From the NCBI RefSeq assembly GCF_041146345.1, contig NW_027191413.1, positions 124,001-188,000 on the forward strand: a DNA stretch of 64,000 bases, given 5' to 3'. Made by a program: the position numbers and the translations under genes. The number at the start of each line of letters is the position of its first letter. Positions within the stretch are counted from its first letter, which is position 1. The notes under the pieces were generated by a model. The model was not told where the DNA came from. It was given only the letters and a program-made list of their open reading frames with translations, and did not search any database. Positions 34,500 through 47,356 of this stretch are shown here, in pieces. The DNA is from Neodothiora populina (taxonomy: Eukaryota).

Positions 34500-34853
34500 G
34501 TTGGAGACAGAACGTAATGGAAAACGCCAGGTTTCGACGCTCGGAATATAACGCAGGGCGAATATTTGCGAGATCTGAAAATGTTCATATGGCTACTTTT
34601 GTTTTTGTTTTTTGTTTTTTCTTTCATTTGGTTGGATACCCCCTCAGGCACCTTCGGGATTAAGAATGTCTACGTCGAGCACCCCGAGTCTGGGACAGAT
34701 CGAATGAATGACTGATGTTTGTTGGTACTTGATGTGCTCTAATAATATTTTCTTTCTCACGTCGCATTCGGTTCCTTACTACAATTCCTTACGATTCACT
34801 TGTGACTATAAGAACATGATATGAGTGATTACATTACAGAGGAGTCCATTTTC

Positions 34854-35048
34854 AGTCATTAACAGTTCATAGGGAAGTCAGAAGAAAGTCATCAAATGTT
34901 TATTATGATTTCATTAACTGCTCACTAAAAACTCATTGCCTTTTTACGGGAGATTCGTTGTCCATTTACAAGGAACTCATTGCCTGTTCGTTAGAAACTC
35001 ATCAAGTATTCATCGGAAAGTCATTGCCTAAGAACAAGCTCCTTTGTA
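34854..35048 (+). repeat. Dispersed 22-bp tandem-unit element, copy C
   Basis: agtcattaacagttcataggga / agtcagaagaa / agtcatcaaatgtttattatga / ... / actcattgcctgttcgttagaa / actcatcaagtattcatcggaa / agtcattgcct. Confidence 0.85.
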
Positions 35049-36138
35049 TCGTACTTGCAATGGGTGGAACATGGAGTGAAGTAGGTCCGCTTTGATAACC
35101 TTAGGCATCCAACGCCTGCAGACACAATTTCTTATCACATGACACGGTCACATCGATTCGCATTTTAGTCAATTGTCAAATGTCTGAACGGGCCACCAAC
35201 ACGGATACCTGGGTAGACAACACGGCTGGCTTGCAGCTCTACCAGGAGCTTCGGCCACATGCTGCATTGTATGAACTCTACACCGTAGAGTTCATTACTT
35301 ATATCCGCAGTCGCAGCGGACATGTTATTGTGCCAATGCTACTGAGTACCGTTGTCCCGTACATGCCGTCACACTCGACTATGGCAGCGTCATCGTTCAC
35401 AGTCATAGCACGATGAGCAATCAGTGCCCTGCACACGTAGAGTATCCGCCGGGTTGGGTTCCAATCTTGCTCATCACTCCGGGGTCGTCCCTGAGAAACG
35501 GGCCATAATGTGGAGAAGAGGTAGCAAGAGGCAGAGATCTGCATCCCAGACGGTGCCTATGTTCTCTTTTTCCACGGACGGCGGACCGGGCAACGCTTCT
35601 TCTTCGCGGTCAAGTGCATTCTCTTGCGGTGAGAGGTTTCGTGAAGCCATCTCGGACGGATGGCCCTGTTTCTTTTTGGTCATTCTTGTCATCATAGATG
35701 TTTCGTGCGCCGCGGACACCCCCCCCCCCCTTGTCTTACTGTTGGTTTTCGGCTAATCGCCTTTTTTTTGGGTCAGTAGGTGTTCTCCACATGGAACGGA
35801 GTAATGGAAGGTCGCTGTTGCTTCCACGGCCCTGTGCTTGTGCTCGAGTGCTTGTGAACTGACAGTGTCTTGGTAGTGTCATTCCTTGGCCTTTGAGTAA
35901 GGTGGTACTTGCCCACTCTATCGGTAACTCTAATGCGCTTCAGCGCTTGTATTGCTAAGATCTCCACCAGTTTTGTTGTTCGCATGCGCTGGACCTATCT
36001 GATGAATTCTACTCGGTAGTCTTACATACCGCATTGGCCATCTTAGTATTTGACACGAATCACTGAGAGACCCTCTGGACAATATTGACAGCGCGTTCGA
36101 CGGCCCTGAGCTGATACTACACAGCAGCTTGTCTTGAG

Positions 36139-36235
36139 TCATATTGACCATTTACTGAGCAGTTATTCACGGTTTACTAAGGATTCATTGACCATTTATT
36201 ACGAAGTCACTGACTGAAAGCAAATCCCTTTGTAC
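36139..36235 (+). repeat. Dispersed 22-bp tandem-unit element, partial copy D
   Basis: atattgaccatttactgagc / agttattcacggtttactaagg / attcattgaccatttattacga / agtcactgact, then a caa...cctttgta tail shared with copy C. Confidence 0.7.
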
Positions 36236-36695
36236 TCGGAACATGATACTGCTTGTCGTATGACTGTGGTTCTTCAACCACGCTTGTCTTGACCCTTGCC
36301 TTCTAATTGGAGGTGCGAATATATATCTCTAATGGAACAAACACTTAGCACAACTAATCTCATGCTCCGTCTCTCCTTGTAACTTCCACTCTCTATACAT
36401 CTAAGAATAAAACCAAGAAGAACATCCAATACCAAACCTTGACTCCAACCCCTGAATATGCCGAAGAACCTACATCCATCCTGTACCTGAACCCTGAGAT
36501 AAAACCCTCCCCCCCCCCCCTGCCACGACTCAGAGGTATGTAAGTCCCCGTCTTCGTTGAGAAATACTGTGCTGTACTGTTGCTATGCCCTTTCTGCTCT
36601 GCTTAGTAGCCTTACGCAAGCAGGTAAGCCCTCGTGGGTATCACTATTGCTTATTTTACTGCTATATATCTTTCTCGCTCATGTTCGAGGTACCT

Positions 36696-36725
36696 ACTGC
36701 ACTGTACTGTACTGTACTGTACTGT
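36696..36725 (+). repeat. (ACTGT)n pentanucleotide microsatellite
   Basis: tactgcactgtactgtactgtactgtactgta. Confidence 0.85.
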
Positions 36726-37100
36726 AAGTATATCGACGGACTGTATATCGTCCTCCTGTGTCCATCACACTTCTCGCGCGTCGGCTTTCATGTAATCCGT
36801 GCCATCTGTGTACATCTCTCTCCAGTAGAGAACTAGTGTTGGAAAAAATACCCAACTTACGCTGATGAGTCAGAAGATTGGACGTTGGAGAGGATTGAAA
36901 GTCATGCGAAGAGAAAAGCCGTCTTTTCGAGGCGGTGGCGTTCATGGGATGTTCATCGCTATCTAACTGCGATCCCTAAACCATCATGACTCGGCCTGTT
37001 ATTGTACATGATGCCTACCTTACAAGACGCTGGATAGAGATACATTCGCCAAAGTACGAGAGAAGAAGGAAAAGAGGAGAAAGAGACAAGAAAAAGACCT

Positions 37101-40100
37101 CTAAAGCGCGGCAATGGCTCTCCTGAGAACCTCGAGACTTCGCTCCTCGACTCCCTTCTCTCCTCCTTCAATGCTTGTGCCACCATCAGCGGCCCGCAAG
37201 ATCCAGGCGATATCGCTCAAGATCCCCAAGTTTATTTCCTTCCTGTCCTTGTTCTGCTCGACTTGGGTCTTGAGTCGTCCAGTGTACTCCCACTCCTTTG
37301 CTGCTTCCTCCGCGCGCTCGACGACGGCACGGGGAATGCCGCACATGGAGGCGCAGTGCATTCCGAAACTGCCCTCGGCCACACCCTCCTCCAGCTGGTA
37401 CAGAAAAGTCACCCTTCTCTCATCATTGTCGACATGTATAGCCATCCTTTGCGCAATAACCTCAGGATGCCTACTAAACTCATCTGCGAGAGAGTGGTAG
37501 TGGGTGGCAAAGAAACCAACGCAGCCTACATGAGTCGCTACGTGATGCAAGACACTCTGCGCCACTGCCACACCGTCATAAGACGAAGTGCCGCGACCCA
37601 ACTCGTCGAGAATGACAAGAGACCTAGGGGTAGCTTCCGCGAGAATCTTTTTCGTTTCCGACAGTTCGACCATAAAAGTTGACTGTCCTGCGAAGATGTT
37701 GTCATGCGCGCCCAGGCGCGACATGATGCGATCAACCGGCGTCAAGGTTGCGGATGCGCATGGTACATAGCAGCCGACCTGAGCAAGAATCACAGCAATA
37801 CAGGTCATTCGCAAGATCGTACTCTTTCCAGCGGCATTGGCACCTGTGAGGAGTGAAATGTTGGGTGTGTTGCCACCTAGCGAAATGCTGTTGGGGATGA
37901 AGTCAGACACGCTGTTGAGCATGCAAGGATGTCTCAATTCCGTGAAGTCGAGCACGCTGCGTGCCGAGTCGACAAACTGTGGTCGACACGATGGCTCGCC
38001 CAGCGACAGAGATGCTTTGGCCAAGGAGATCAAGCAGTCGAGATGGGCGATAATCTTGACCGCCTGCAGCCAAGTGGTGTAGTCCTCGTCGAATCGAGCG
38101 TAGAATCTGCCAGCCACTTGCTTGACAATCTGAGCGTGAGTCTCTTGAGCTTCCTTGAGGCTTTGCACAAGTGTCTCGAGCTCGGGGAAGTAGTATCGTT
38201 TGCATTGTTTCGTGGCCGACATTTGCCTGAAAGACTTGGGAATGACCTTGTTGTTGACTTTGACTGGCACCTCGAGCTGGTAAATCTCTTTGCCACTGTC
38301 GGTGTACTTGATGGCCGAGCTACCCAGGTCTTTGCGACAACGTTTGAGCAGATCGTCCAGCTCGCCAAGGATCTCGTTGATGTGGTCTTCGGACTCGTCA
38401 AAGTCCTGTTCCACACCAGGTTGAGGAACCAGCAGTGCCTCCTCTTTGGCTTTGATGCGGTCGAATGCGGTCTTCCAGTGCTCGAGGGCGCCTGCAAGAT
38501 CCGGCATCGACGAGATGAGCTGGCCGAGTACGCCCTCGCCTTGGCCGAAACTACCGAGCAAGGACATGGTGTACTCGATCTGTTCAAAACCTTCAAGGAC
38601 CTTGACAAAGTCTTGCGCCTTGCATCTCCCTGCGTGAATTCGTGAGATGAGACGCTCCAGATCGGGCAATTTCGTCAATGAAGCAGTGAAGCGGTCTTGA
38701 ATGGAGTAGTCGGCATTCAGTGCTTCGACTGCATCAAGTCGGGCGTTGATTTTTGTGGCGTCCGCCAACGGATGGCAAACCCACTGGCGCAGCATGCGTT
38801 TGCCGAACGGAGTGATGCATCGATTCAGCATGGCGAACAAAGTGCCTTCGGCGCCGCCGTCGAAACTGTTTGCGAAAATCTCGAGGTTGATCAGGCTCTG
38901 GCCGTCGAGTACCAGACTCGTGGCCTTTCTGATTGGATCATACCACTGGAAGTTGCCCAGCGTGATAAGATCTCGTTCGATCTTGAGCATGGTCAGATAC
39001 CACATCAGACCTCCAAAAGCAGAGAAACAAAGCTCCTTGTCTTTGGCCTCACGAAGGACAGCCGGCCATGCCTCGATGTCATCTTCGGTGGGAGACTCAA
39101 AGTACTTTTCGCCAGCAAGAGTCATCGCAGCCCTCTCGGCGGGCAGGAACTCCTTTTCGGGCTTCAGGTAGTTGTAGATGGTCGTGGTCGGGGTGTTGTT
39201 CTTGAGGATGCGGAGTGCCTTTTGTGAGATGCACGACTGCAATTGACTGATCAGCTGGTGGGGTTTTTTCCTTGTCATGGATCAAGAAGATGAACGTCGG
39301 GCTTACCTTTTCCAGAATCACTTCGCCCGGTCTGGTCTGGGCAACGAAAGTCTCGAACTTGGTCATGTCTGCGTCGTCGACAAAGTCACAGAGCTGGAAC
39401 TGGGCGGTCGCGGTATCGACGAAAGCGATACCAAAGGCAGGAACGCCGTCGACTTCTCTCTCTTTGATGGCGGCGCAATAGGTGGACATGTCATCTTGGA
39501 GCATACCACCTTCGACAAGAGTGCCTGCAGTCAGGACGGAGGCCAGCTCTCGTCTGATGACTTTCTCTTCCTTTTGCGGTTTACCGGCCTTGCCGCCAGA
39601 CTTTTCGCCGCGTTCACGCATGTCTTTGCCGAGCGCAGTCTCCATCTGGTCGACTCGAGCAATCTTGAAACCCTTGGCGACGAACTGGTTCGCCCAGTGG
39701 TCAAGCGAGGCTTCTGGCACGCCGACCATGCGCATGTTGACACGATCGGTGAGCTTGAGATCGAAGAGCTGATGACCGACCGTGGCGTCGTTTTCGTACA
39801 ATTCGTAGAACTTGCCTTTTTTGAAGAAGACTATGGTGTCCATGAACTTGCACTTGATCTCCCAGTACTGCTTTTCAAAAGGAGAAAACTTGTTCCAGGC
39901 CAGAGGAGGGATGTAGAGGGTGCGAGGATCGTGGTCTGGGGTGGCTGGCTTGTTGCCGTCGGCATCTCTCATCTGAGCAAGCCAGGGATACCGCTGCTCA
40001 GGCTCCGTCATGTGGGCCTTTTGTTTCTTGGGCGGACCCGACCGGGGCTTCTTTGCAGATTGGGTTTGGGTCTTGCGCTCTTGAAGCTGGAGGTTGTCCG

Positions 40101-41047
40101 GATCGAATTTCCATTGTTGTGCCGTCGAGATGGAGGGAACGATAGGCAGGTCGTCGTCCATGTCGACCGGTGGCGTGGCGGCCGGCGAAGGCTTCCGAGA
40201 GGTTTGAGTTGATCTTTTGCGCGGCTTGGGCTTGGCGGGTGCCTCGTCGTCGCTACCGTCGGGCACGACGAAGTCGTCCATGTCATCTGGAGCAGAGGAA
40301 AGTGTGAGTGGGGGAAGACGAATCGTCGAGGGTCTTGCGGGTATACAGACCGTCCACCTGCGTCATGGCAGCCTCCATGGCGTCGTCCATGGCAAAGTCG
40401 TCGTCCGAGTCATCGTCGTCGACAATCTTCCTTCTCTTCGAGGCACGACCAGCTGTATTGGAGGAACGTGGCTTCAGTACGACGTCGTCGTCGTCAGATT
40501 CGTCGTCAGATTCGTCGTCAGATTCGGCGTAGCTGACTGCCTTTCTTGCCTGTGTTGTCTTCGAGTCAACTGTTCTGCGGGATTGTGATTGGGTATCGAG
40601 ACCAAGAAGACAAACCTTGCGAGGAGGAGATGAAGCCGGTTCAGGTTCAGGTGCGGGTCCTTCTTGACGCCCTACAGCATCAGCGTCGGATTCTTCTTCA
40701 GGAGTCGAGGCGGACGGGGAAGGCAGACCGTTTTCCTTGTTCTTTCCGTCGAGTCGGATGGGTGAAGAGGGCAATGCAGGACTCGAGGGAGCACCTCTGT
40801 CACTGCTCGGGGCCGGGGTCAGACTCGATGTGGAAGGAGCAGCTGCATTCGAGGCAGCAGGATCAGCAGCAGAAGGTTTGACAGTCGAGGCAGTCGAAGC
40901 GGGAGACGAGGCCGTGGGTTTCTTCTGCAAGAAGCCCAGAATGCTTCTCTGGCTCTTCTGAGATGCCGGGGCCGAGGCCGAGGATGTGCTTTTCGTCAGG
41001 GTTGGTTTGGGAGTGGCAGTCTCGTTGCCCTCGATTCCCCGAACCAT
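37101..41047 (-). CDS. MSH6: DNA mismatch repair protein Msh6
   Basis: Introns 40550-40615, 40287-40350 and 39237-39306. PIP-box-like QRSILGFL, mismatch-binding FFKKGKFYELYE, ATPase motifs TGANAAGKST and LDELGRGTSSYDG. Confidence 0.97.
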
Positions 41048-41245
41048 GTCGTTGCTTCTGGACTGCGAGGGTGTTGGGGACAATCTGGACTTTCCAGACT
41101 TCATCGAGAGTCGACAGACAAGATCATACAAGACAGTGGATGGCAATTGAGACAAGAGTATGAAGCAGACGCAAGAGGAAGGAAGCATACAGCAATCATC
41201 ATTCCAACTCTGGAAGGAAGGGAGGGCGACTTGCAGTAATAATCG

Positions 41246-41285
41246 ACGCGAGCTGCGGGAGACGCGATTGACACGCGATGACGCG
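41246..41285. promoter_or_regulatory. Cluster of four MCB-like ACGCG elements in the MSH6/FPGS divergent promoter
   Basis: ACGCG at 41246, 41262, 41273 and 41281, about 200 bp upstream of the MSH6 ATG. Confidence 0.6.
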
Positions 41286-41441
41286 CGCCAGTCGTCCACT
41301 TGGCCATTTGTCAGGGACGAGACCGACAAGACCTGGACATGAGTCATTCATGGTATATCGAGAACAGATACGGTAGGCATTCATTCTTTCTTCTTTCTTG
41401 TCACTTGCATCAACTCCCGGTGCAGAACCCGAAATGCGGTG

Positions 41442-43283
41442 ATGCTGCATCTGCTGTCAAAGCCACGAGTAACATCCAGCTCTTTCAACCGCTTCCACAG
41501 CCGTGGTCTGCTCGCTTCCGCCAGAATGCAGGGCGATTACAGTGTCAGTATGATTCGGTGATTGGATATCAATAGATGCAAGGATGATCGATTGACTGTA
41601 TGACGATAAACGTAGGCTGCAGTGGCGGCGCTCAACACGCTGCAATCCAACTTTGCCATCGTCGACGCCATCCGCAAGTCGGGCAAGGGCATGAACAAAA
41701 TGGCCATCCCAGAGATGATTGAATGGGTCAAGCGCATCGGCTACGAGGTGTGCGTTGTCTCGTCCTGCTGGTCGCCGCTCTCATAACTGATCATGTCTCG
41801 ATTGAAACAGCCCTCGGACTTTGACAAGCTGAAGGCCATCCACGTCGCCGGCACCAAAGGAAAAGGATCCACTTCGTCGTTTGTCTCGAGCATCCTGCAG
41901 CAGTACACCGGGTCCCTTTCAGTCAAAAAGGTCGGCCTCTACACTTCGCCTCACCTGCGCTTTGTCCGCGAGCGCATCCAGATCGACAACGCTCCCTTGT
42001 CCGAAGAAATGTTCGCCAAGTACTTCTTCGAGACGTGGAACAGACTCGAGCAGTCGGCAGAAAGAGAAGGCCACCCAGACCCCCAGAGCAGAGAGACAAA
42101 GCCCGTCTACTTTCGCTTCCTGACTCTGATGGCCCTGCACACATACATGAGCGAGGGAGTCGACTGCGCCGTCATCGAGTGCGGCATCGGCGGCGAGTAC
42201 GACAGCACAAACATGCTCGTGAACCCGAGCGTGTGCGGAGTCACCAGTCTGGGCATCGACCACACCGCCATGCTGGGCGACACGATTGAGAGCATCGCAT
42301 GGCACAAGGCCGGCATATTCAAGGCTGGCGTGCCTGCTTTGACTGTGCCTCAGCCCGCCCCAGCATTGGCCGTGTTGAAGGAGCGGGCGCAAGAGAGGCA
42401 GACGACGCTGACGCTGACCTCGGTCCATCGGTCGATTGCTTCGGGCGACATCACTCTCGGTCTCGCCGCCGACTTCCAGAAGACCAACGCCAGTCTCGCC
42501 ATCGCCATGGCTGCCGCTCATCTGGTCAAGCAAGGGGTCAAGGACTTGCCCACCCCTGGAGACTCGTCCTCGCCACTCCCCGCCGAGTTCCGCGCTGGTC
42601 TCGAGCAAGTCAAGCTGGGCGGACGCTGTCAAGTCAGGCCGGACCCGTCGCACAGCTTGACATGGTACATTGACGGCGGCCACACGCTCGAGAGCATCGA
42701 GATGGCAGGCCGCTGGTTCGCCTCGCACATTTCACCCTCCTCGTCTTCGCCCTCGTCACAGACCAAACAACCCCGCATCCTGATCTTCAACCAACAAACC
42801 CGCGACGCAGACAGTCTGGCTCGCAGACTGCACTCGACACTGGCCACCGCCCTCGACGCCGCTCCACCTTCTGCGTCTTCGTCGTCATCAGCCGAAGCCT
42901 CAGCCGCTGCAGAACGACAGACACAACGACCATTCACGGCCGTCATATTCTGCACAAACGAAACCTACGCCACCGCAGGCTTCAAGCCCGACCTGGCATC
43001 AATGAACACAGACTCGACCGACGTGTCCACCCTGCGCGTCCAGCACGATCTCGCCAATACCTGGAGGGCCGTCGACGCCGCCGCTGATGTGCGCATCGAG
43101 AGGACTATCGAGGAGGCGATCGCGCTGGCGCGTCAGATTGCCTCTGCCTCTGCCAGTGACGACAAGGAGAGGACGCAGACAGAAGCAGACGTCAAGGTCC
43201 TCGTGACGGGAAGTCTGCATCTCGTCGGTGGATTGCTCGAGGTGTTGGAGAGCGAAGATGTGGCTTCGTCGAAAACCACATGA
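41442..43283 (+). CDS. MET7: Folylpolyglutamate synthase
   Basis: Introns 41544-41615 and 41748-41810. Motifs ALNTLQSN, IHVAGTKGKGST, YTSPHL, ECGIGGEYDSTN, DGGHT, LVTGSLHLVG. In-frame ATGs at 41442 and 41526. Confidence 0.95.
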
Positions 43284-43588
43284 TGCCTTTTTCACTCTCT
43301 TCTTTCTTCCTTTTTCTCTCTCTTTCGGATGTAGTCATTATTCCAGCCCCTGACCAGAAACTTTCTCAGAGATAAGAACACAAGAAGAACAGGATAGAAA
43401 TGTGGGACTCGTGATACTGTATCATACGCCGGAACTCCTGATCGCTCGATAAAGACATAAAGTAGACCCAGCAATGTCTGAACCCGTGAAACTGTCAATC
43501 GCTCAATCAATGACATCGCTCTTTTCCCCTCTCTCTCTCCGCCATACACAGAACCATTCGACCTTCCTCCTCCGTCACTCGTTCAGTC

Positions 43589-45039
43589 TCACTCCGAAAG
43601 CCCCAGCTCAGCCGTCATCTCCGCCGGATTAGGCCAATAGAAACTCGCGACCGCGATGAGCACATAGACGAAAAAGCACAGGCTGCCCTCGAGGTAGTTA
43701 CTCTTTCCATCTCTCAGGAAGCCTCCGACGACCAGAATCGCCAGGATCAGCACTACGGAGTCAAACAGCTTGAAGTCCAGCGCCATGTTGATGTTCAGGC
43801 CCCAGCCCACAATGACCACCAGGGGCGTGTTGAGCAGCGCGGTCTGGACCGAGGCGCCGAGGACGTGCGACAGCGCGAGGTTCATCTGGTTATCCCACGC
43901 TTCGTCGATGGCCGTCAGATGCTCAGCGGCCTTCTCGACGAGCGGAATAAGGATGAGGCCTACGAAGGCGTCTTTCACGCCGCGCTCGACGATGAAGTCG
44001 ATTTGGAACACGAGGAAAATAGCCATGAGCGTGGCGAAGGTGATGCCGCACGCGAGACACAGCACCGTCTCGCTGAGCGTCAGCTTGGGCTTGGCCATGT
44101 CGCGCGCTCGGTCGCGGTCTTTCTGCTCGTCGTGCTCGAAGATCTCGTCGAAGAGGCCGTGGTGCGAGCGCGTTTGGAAGAAGACGTACACCAGGAATGC
44201 GAGCAGCAGGATGATGGCTGTCGCGCGTGATATGCGCAGCACTTCGGTGCGGAGCATCTCGGCGTCGGGAAGCAGCTCTTTGACTGCTGCTGCGTAGACT
44301 GCTGGGATCACGAGAGCCACTAGGAGGGGGGGCGATTAGTCTTTTGCCGAGTCGCGAGCAAAATGCAAAGAAAAAACTTACTGCCAGCAACAAGCATCAG
44401 GTTGCTTCCCGTATCACTGACTGCATCGTGAAACGTCTGCTCTTCCCTGATGAGCCCTCCGAAGAAGAAGCACAATCCGAGACACAGCAGCAAGTTTGCG
44501 AGAATACTACCCAAAATGGCAGCCTGGATGATATGCACACCCTCGTTGCCGTAGTGCTTCAACAGAACCATGAACAGAACAATCTCCACAAGTGACCCCA
44601 AAGTCGTCTCGAACACGACTCCGAAAACCTTGGGCAGCTTGCGAGCCAGCTCCTGTCCCGCGAACCCGATGAGATTCGCAGACGGCACCATGGCGATGTA
44701 CGAAGTAATGAAGATCCAGAGATGTTGTTCTGGCCGAGCCCAGAACAGAGCCATGGCCGTGGGCACAAACGGCCATAGCACATTCACCCAGCTGCTGGCA
44801 TTACACGAGCTGATCCAGATGATCTTGAACATGTGCGCCGGCTGGATTCCCCTCCTCCCACTCTCGCCCTCCGGGTTGATTCCTGGTGTGATTTTGTGTC
44901 CATTGTGGTTAAAGCCGGGGAGTTGCAGGGAATGGCGAGCCTCCTCTTGAGCCTTTGGTTCCGTCGTGTACTCGACCGGTGCGGTAGAACGGCGGTTCAA
45001 CCCACCCTGGGTTGATGTTGGTTTTGGTCTGGTCGTCAT
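43589..45039 (-). CDS. Ca2+/H+ exchanger (CaCA/CAX family)
   Basis: Intron 44320-44381. Alpha-repeat-like GSLVE...AAILGSILANLLL and PLVEKAAEH...GASVQTAL; DGKSNYLEG. Confidence 0.93.
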
Positions 45040-46200
45040 CCTCGAAGTGCCTTGTGACGAATATCCTTTGAATTATTCTTCAGTCGCTGATATTTTGTGA
45101 CATATCAGAACGACAAAAGCACCTCAGTAGTCCTTTTGCGTTCTTTATCCGTATCACAGACAACAACCACAAAAAAACCTGATTTGTTGCACTGCCAAGC
45201 CAGTGAGATGCACTTATGCCCCCTAGACACAAGTATATCTTATGAGGCGGGATGTGGGAAATGAGATGGCCTTGTCACCAGAAAAGCATAAAGTTCTTAA
45301 TAGGTAGGATCAGGGGTGGTGGTGAAGAAGCAGCAGGATATGTATCACAGGAGCAGGAGCAGCAGCAGCAGCACATTCGCATAACAGACAAAGAATGTCT
45401 TTCGCGATACTTAGCAGGAAATCTATTGCACACACACTCATTCTTCAGGTTCTAGATCCCCCCGCGACCTGTTGATGTGTACTTGTAAACACACGCAGGA
45501 GGCGCGCCGCCAAGGTCCACGTCGTAAGAGCCAAGCTCGCGAGGGCCATTTTCACGCATGGCGGTGGGAGCAGGTGAGCTTAGGGGCTGTGCAGATCTAC
45601 CTGAAGGTGAGCCTGTGCATAACAGCGCAGCAGCCAACCTATTCGTCGCATTCGTTGTCTGAAAAAGAACTCTTGCTCGATAGAAAAAAAAAGGCACGAG
45701 CTTGATCAGTAACGAAGTCGGTGTGCAAGCGAACATTGGACCGTTTGCCTTTTGCTTCTAAAGGGACCGACCCGACCCACCAGGCGTCTCCGTCATAGGC
45801 TTATTTGGCCGCTCAAGCTTCTAGGTTCAGGTCAGGTAAAGGCTTGGGTGTTTCTTGTTCGAGCTTGTCCTGAACATCTTGTTTCAACCGAAGACTCCAA
45901 TGCTTGCCGCCGTTTCCCCGCCGTCCCCATGCTCTTGGCTCTTTACATGCAGCAGACATCGGGATAAACTTGGCGACCTCCGCGCAGTATGGAACATGGC
46001 AACCCCCTAGCGACCGGTTCTAGTAAGTTGCAGCAGGATCTGCTGGTCCAGCTCGAGTCGATGGTTCGGAAAAGAGATAGGTCGCACATGCTTCGATTCA
46101 TCGATTCACGCTTAGTATGTTTGTAAGATTCGCAAATCGTGTGCTGCCTAATTGATGATGTCTAGTCTATATTGTAATCATCCTTCGACACGAGCCCGAG

Positions 46201-46262
46201 ATCTAAGCTAGCTTACCATGACTCTCGTATATGTCCTCTTGCTCTGCTTGCTTTCCCAGGAG
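46201..46262 (-). repeat. Diverged tandem copy of the esterase 3' end, including the stop codon
   Basis: Encodes LLGKQAEQEDIYESHGKLA* versus LLGKQVEREDIHESLGKLA* at 46295-46354; offset 92 bp. Confidence 0.9.
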
Positions 46263-46294
46263 TCCGACGGGCCCATCATGAACAATCAAGACAT

Positions 46295-47356
46295 CTAAGC
46301 TAGCTTACCAAGACTCTCGTGTATATCCTCTCTCTCAACTTGCTTTCCCAGAAGCCAGCCTATGTTGATGACGGCATCGACCATCCCCTTCTTTGAAGCC
46401 TCAATGGATGGGAACATGGCCCAGTGAGCGTGTGGAACGCCTGGGTAGAGGTCGAATTTGGTCTTGACGCCCCTTTCGTCCAGCACTCGCCCATATATGA
46501 GTCCATCGTCCCTCAACGGATCCAATCCGCAGACTTGAATATAAGTCGTCGGGTGCTCGTCATCAATCACGTCCAGGTTGTTGAATGGCGAGAAGTTTTT
46601 AGAAGCAAAGTCAGGACACCACATGCGCTTCACCATGCTCAAGACTTCGTTGTTGATCATTGCGGCGTTGGCATTCTGCTCTCGAGCCTGGTAGAACTCT
46701 TCGTAGCCCTTGGGCGCTTCGTTGAGTAACCATGGAACAGACAACCACAAGCCCGTCAATGGCAATTCTAACCTGTCTGTCTGGGCCATGGCCGCTGCGA
46801 CGGCAGCTACGTTGCCACCAGCAGATTCGCCACCAAGCACAAACCCAGCAGAAGGGTCAGCACCGATGCGAGAAGCGTTCTTTGCGATCCATTGCAGGTT
46901 ATCCCAGACATCGTGTGCCTGGACTGGGAACTTGAATTCGGGAGTCATGCGGTAGCTGATGCTGACCACTATCGCATCGTACAAATGAGCAATCGGTTTT
47001 GCATATGGAGTCGGAGAGTTGTTGTCGCCTGTGATGAACCCGCCACCATAAACAAGCACCACCAGTGGTCTTCCTGCTGATTGTTGCGCAGCTTGAGGCT
47101 TGAAGATCCGGGCTTCGTTCTCGAAACCATCTCGCATTGCGATGTTCATTACCGACACCTCAACCGGCAATTGTGGGAGTGCATCTCGTCGTTTACGATC
47201 CTCCAGCTCGCGATAGAAGCGCGCCGTGCTCGGCTCACTCATGTCGGGTATCTCACCTGTGGGCAGACTCTCAAAGAACTTCTGAAGCCCTTGAACGAAC
47301 TCAGGGTCCGGCTCGTTCAACTTCGACAGTACTTCTTGGGTAGGGAAAGTAGCCAT
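46295..47356 (-). CDS. Alpha/beta-hydrolase fold-3 (HSL-family) esterase/lipase
   Basis: Oxyanion YGGGF, nucleophile GESAGG, DPLRDDG and YPGVPH motifs. Confidence 0.92.
   Translation of the reverse strand: MATFPTQEVLSKLNEPDPEFVQGLQKFFESLPTGEIPDMSEPSTARFYRELEDRKRRDALPQLPVEVSVMNIAMRDGFENEARIFKPQAAQQSAGRPLVVLVYGGGFITGDNNSPTPYAKPIAHLYDAIVVSISYRMTPEFKFPVQAHDVWDNLQWIAKNASRIGADPSAGFVLGGESAGGNVAAVAAAMAQTDRLELPLTGLWLSVPWLLNEAPKGYEEFYQAREQNANAAMINNEVLSMVKRMWCPDFASKNFSPFNNLDVIDDEHPTTYIQVCGLDPLRDDGLIYGRVLDERGVKTKFDLYPGVPHAHWAMFPSIEASKKGMVDAVINIGWLLGKQVEREDIHESLGKLA

Noticed and set aside
35180..36130. Short ORFs between element copies C and D as possible transposon cargo
   Set aside because: No transposase or reverse transcriptase motifs and no convincing gene model; C and D are not near-identical terminal repeats.
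37114..40881. Long plus-strand ORFs (e.g. 39277-40212, 37929-38645); similar cases overlap NOG1, FPGS and the Ca2+/H+ exchanger
   Set aside because: Antisense shadows of GC3-rich coding genes.
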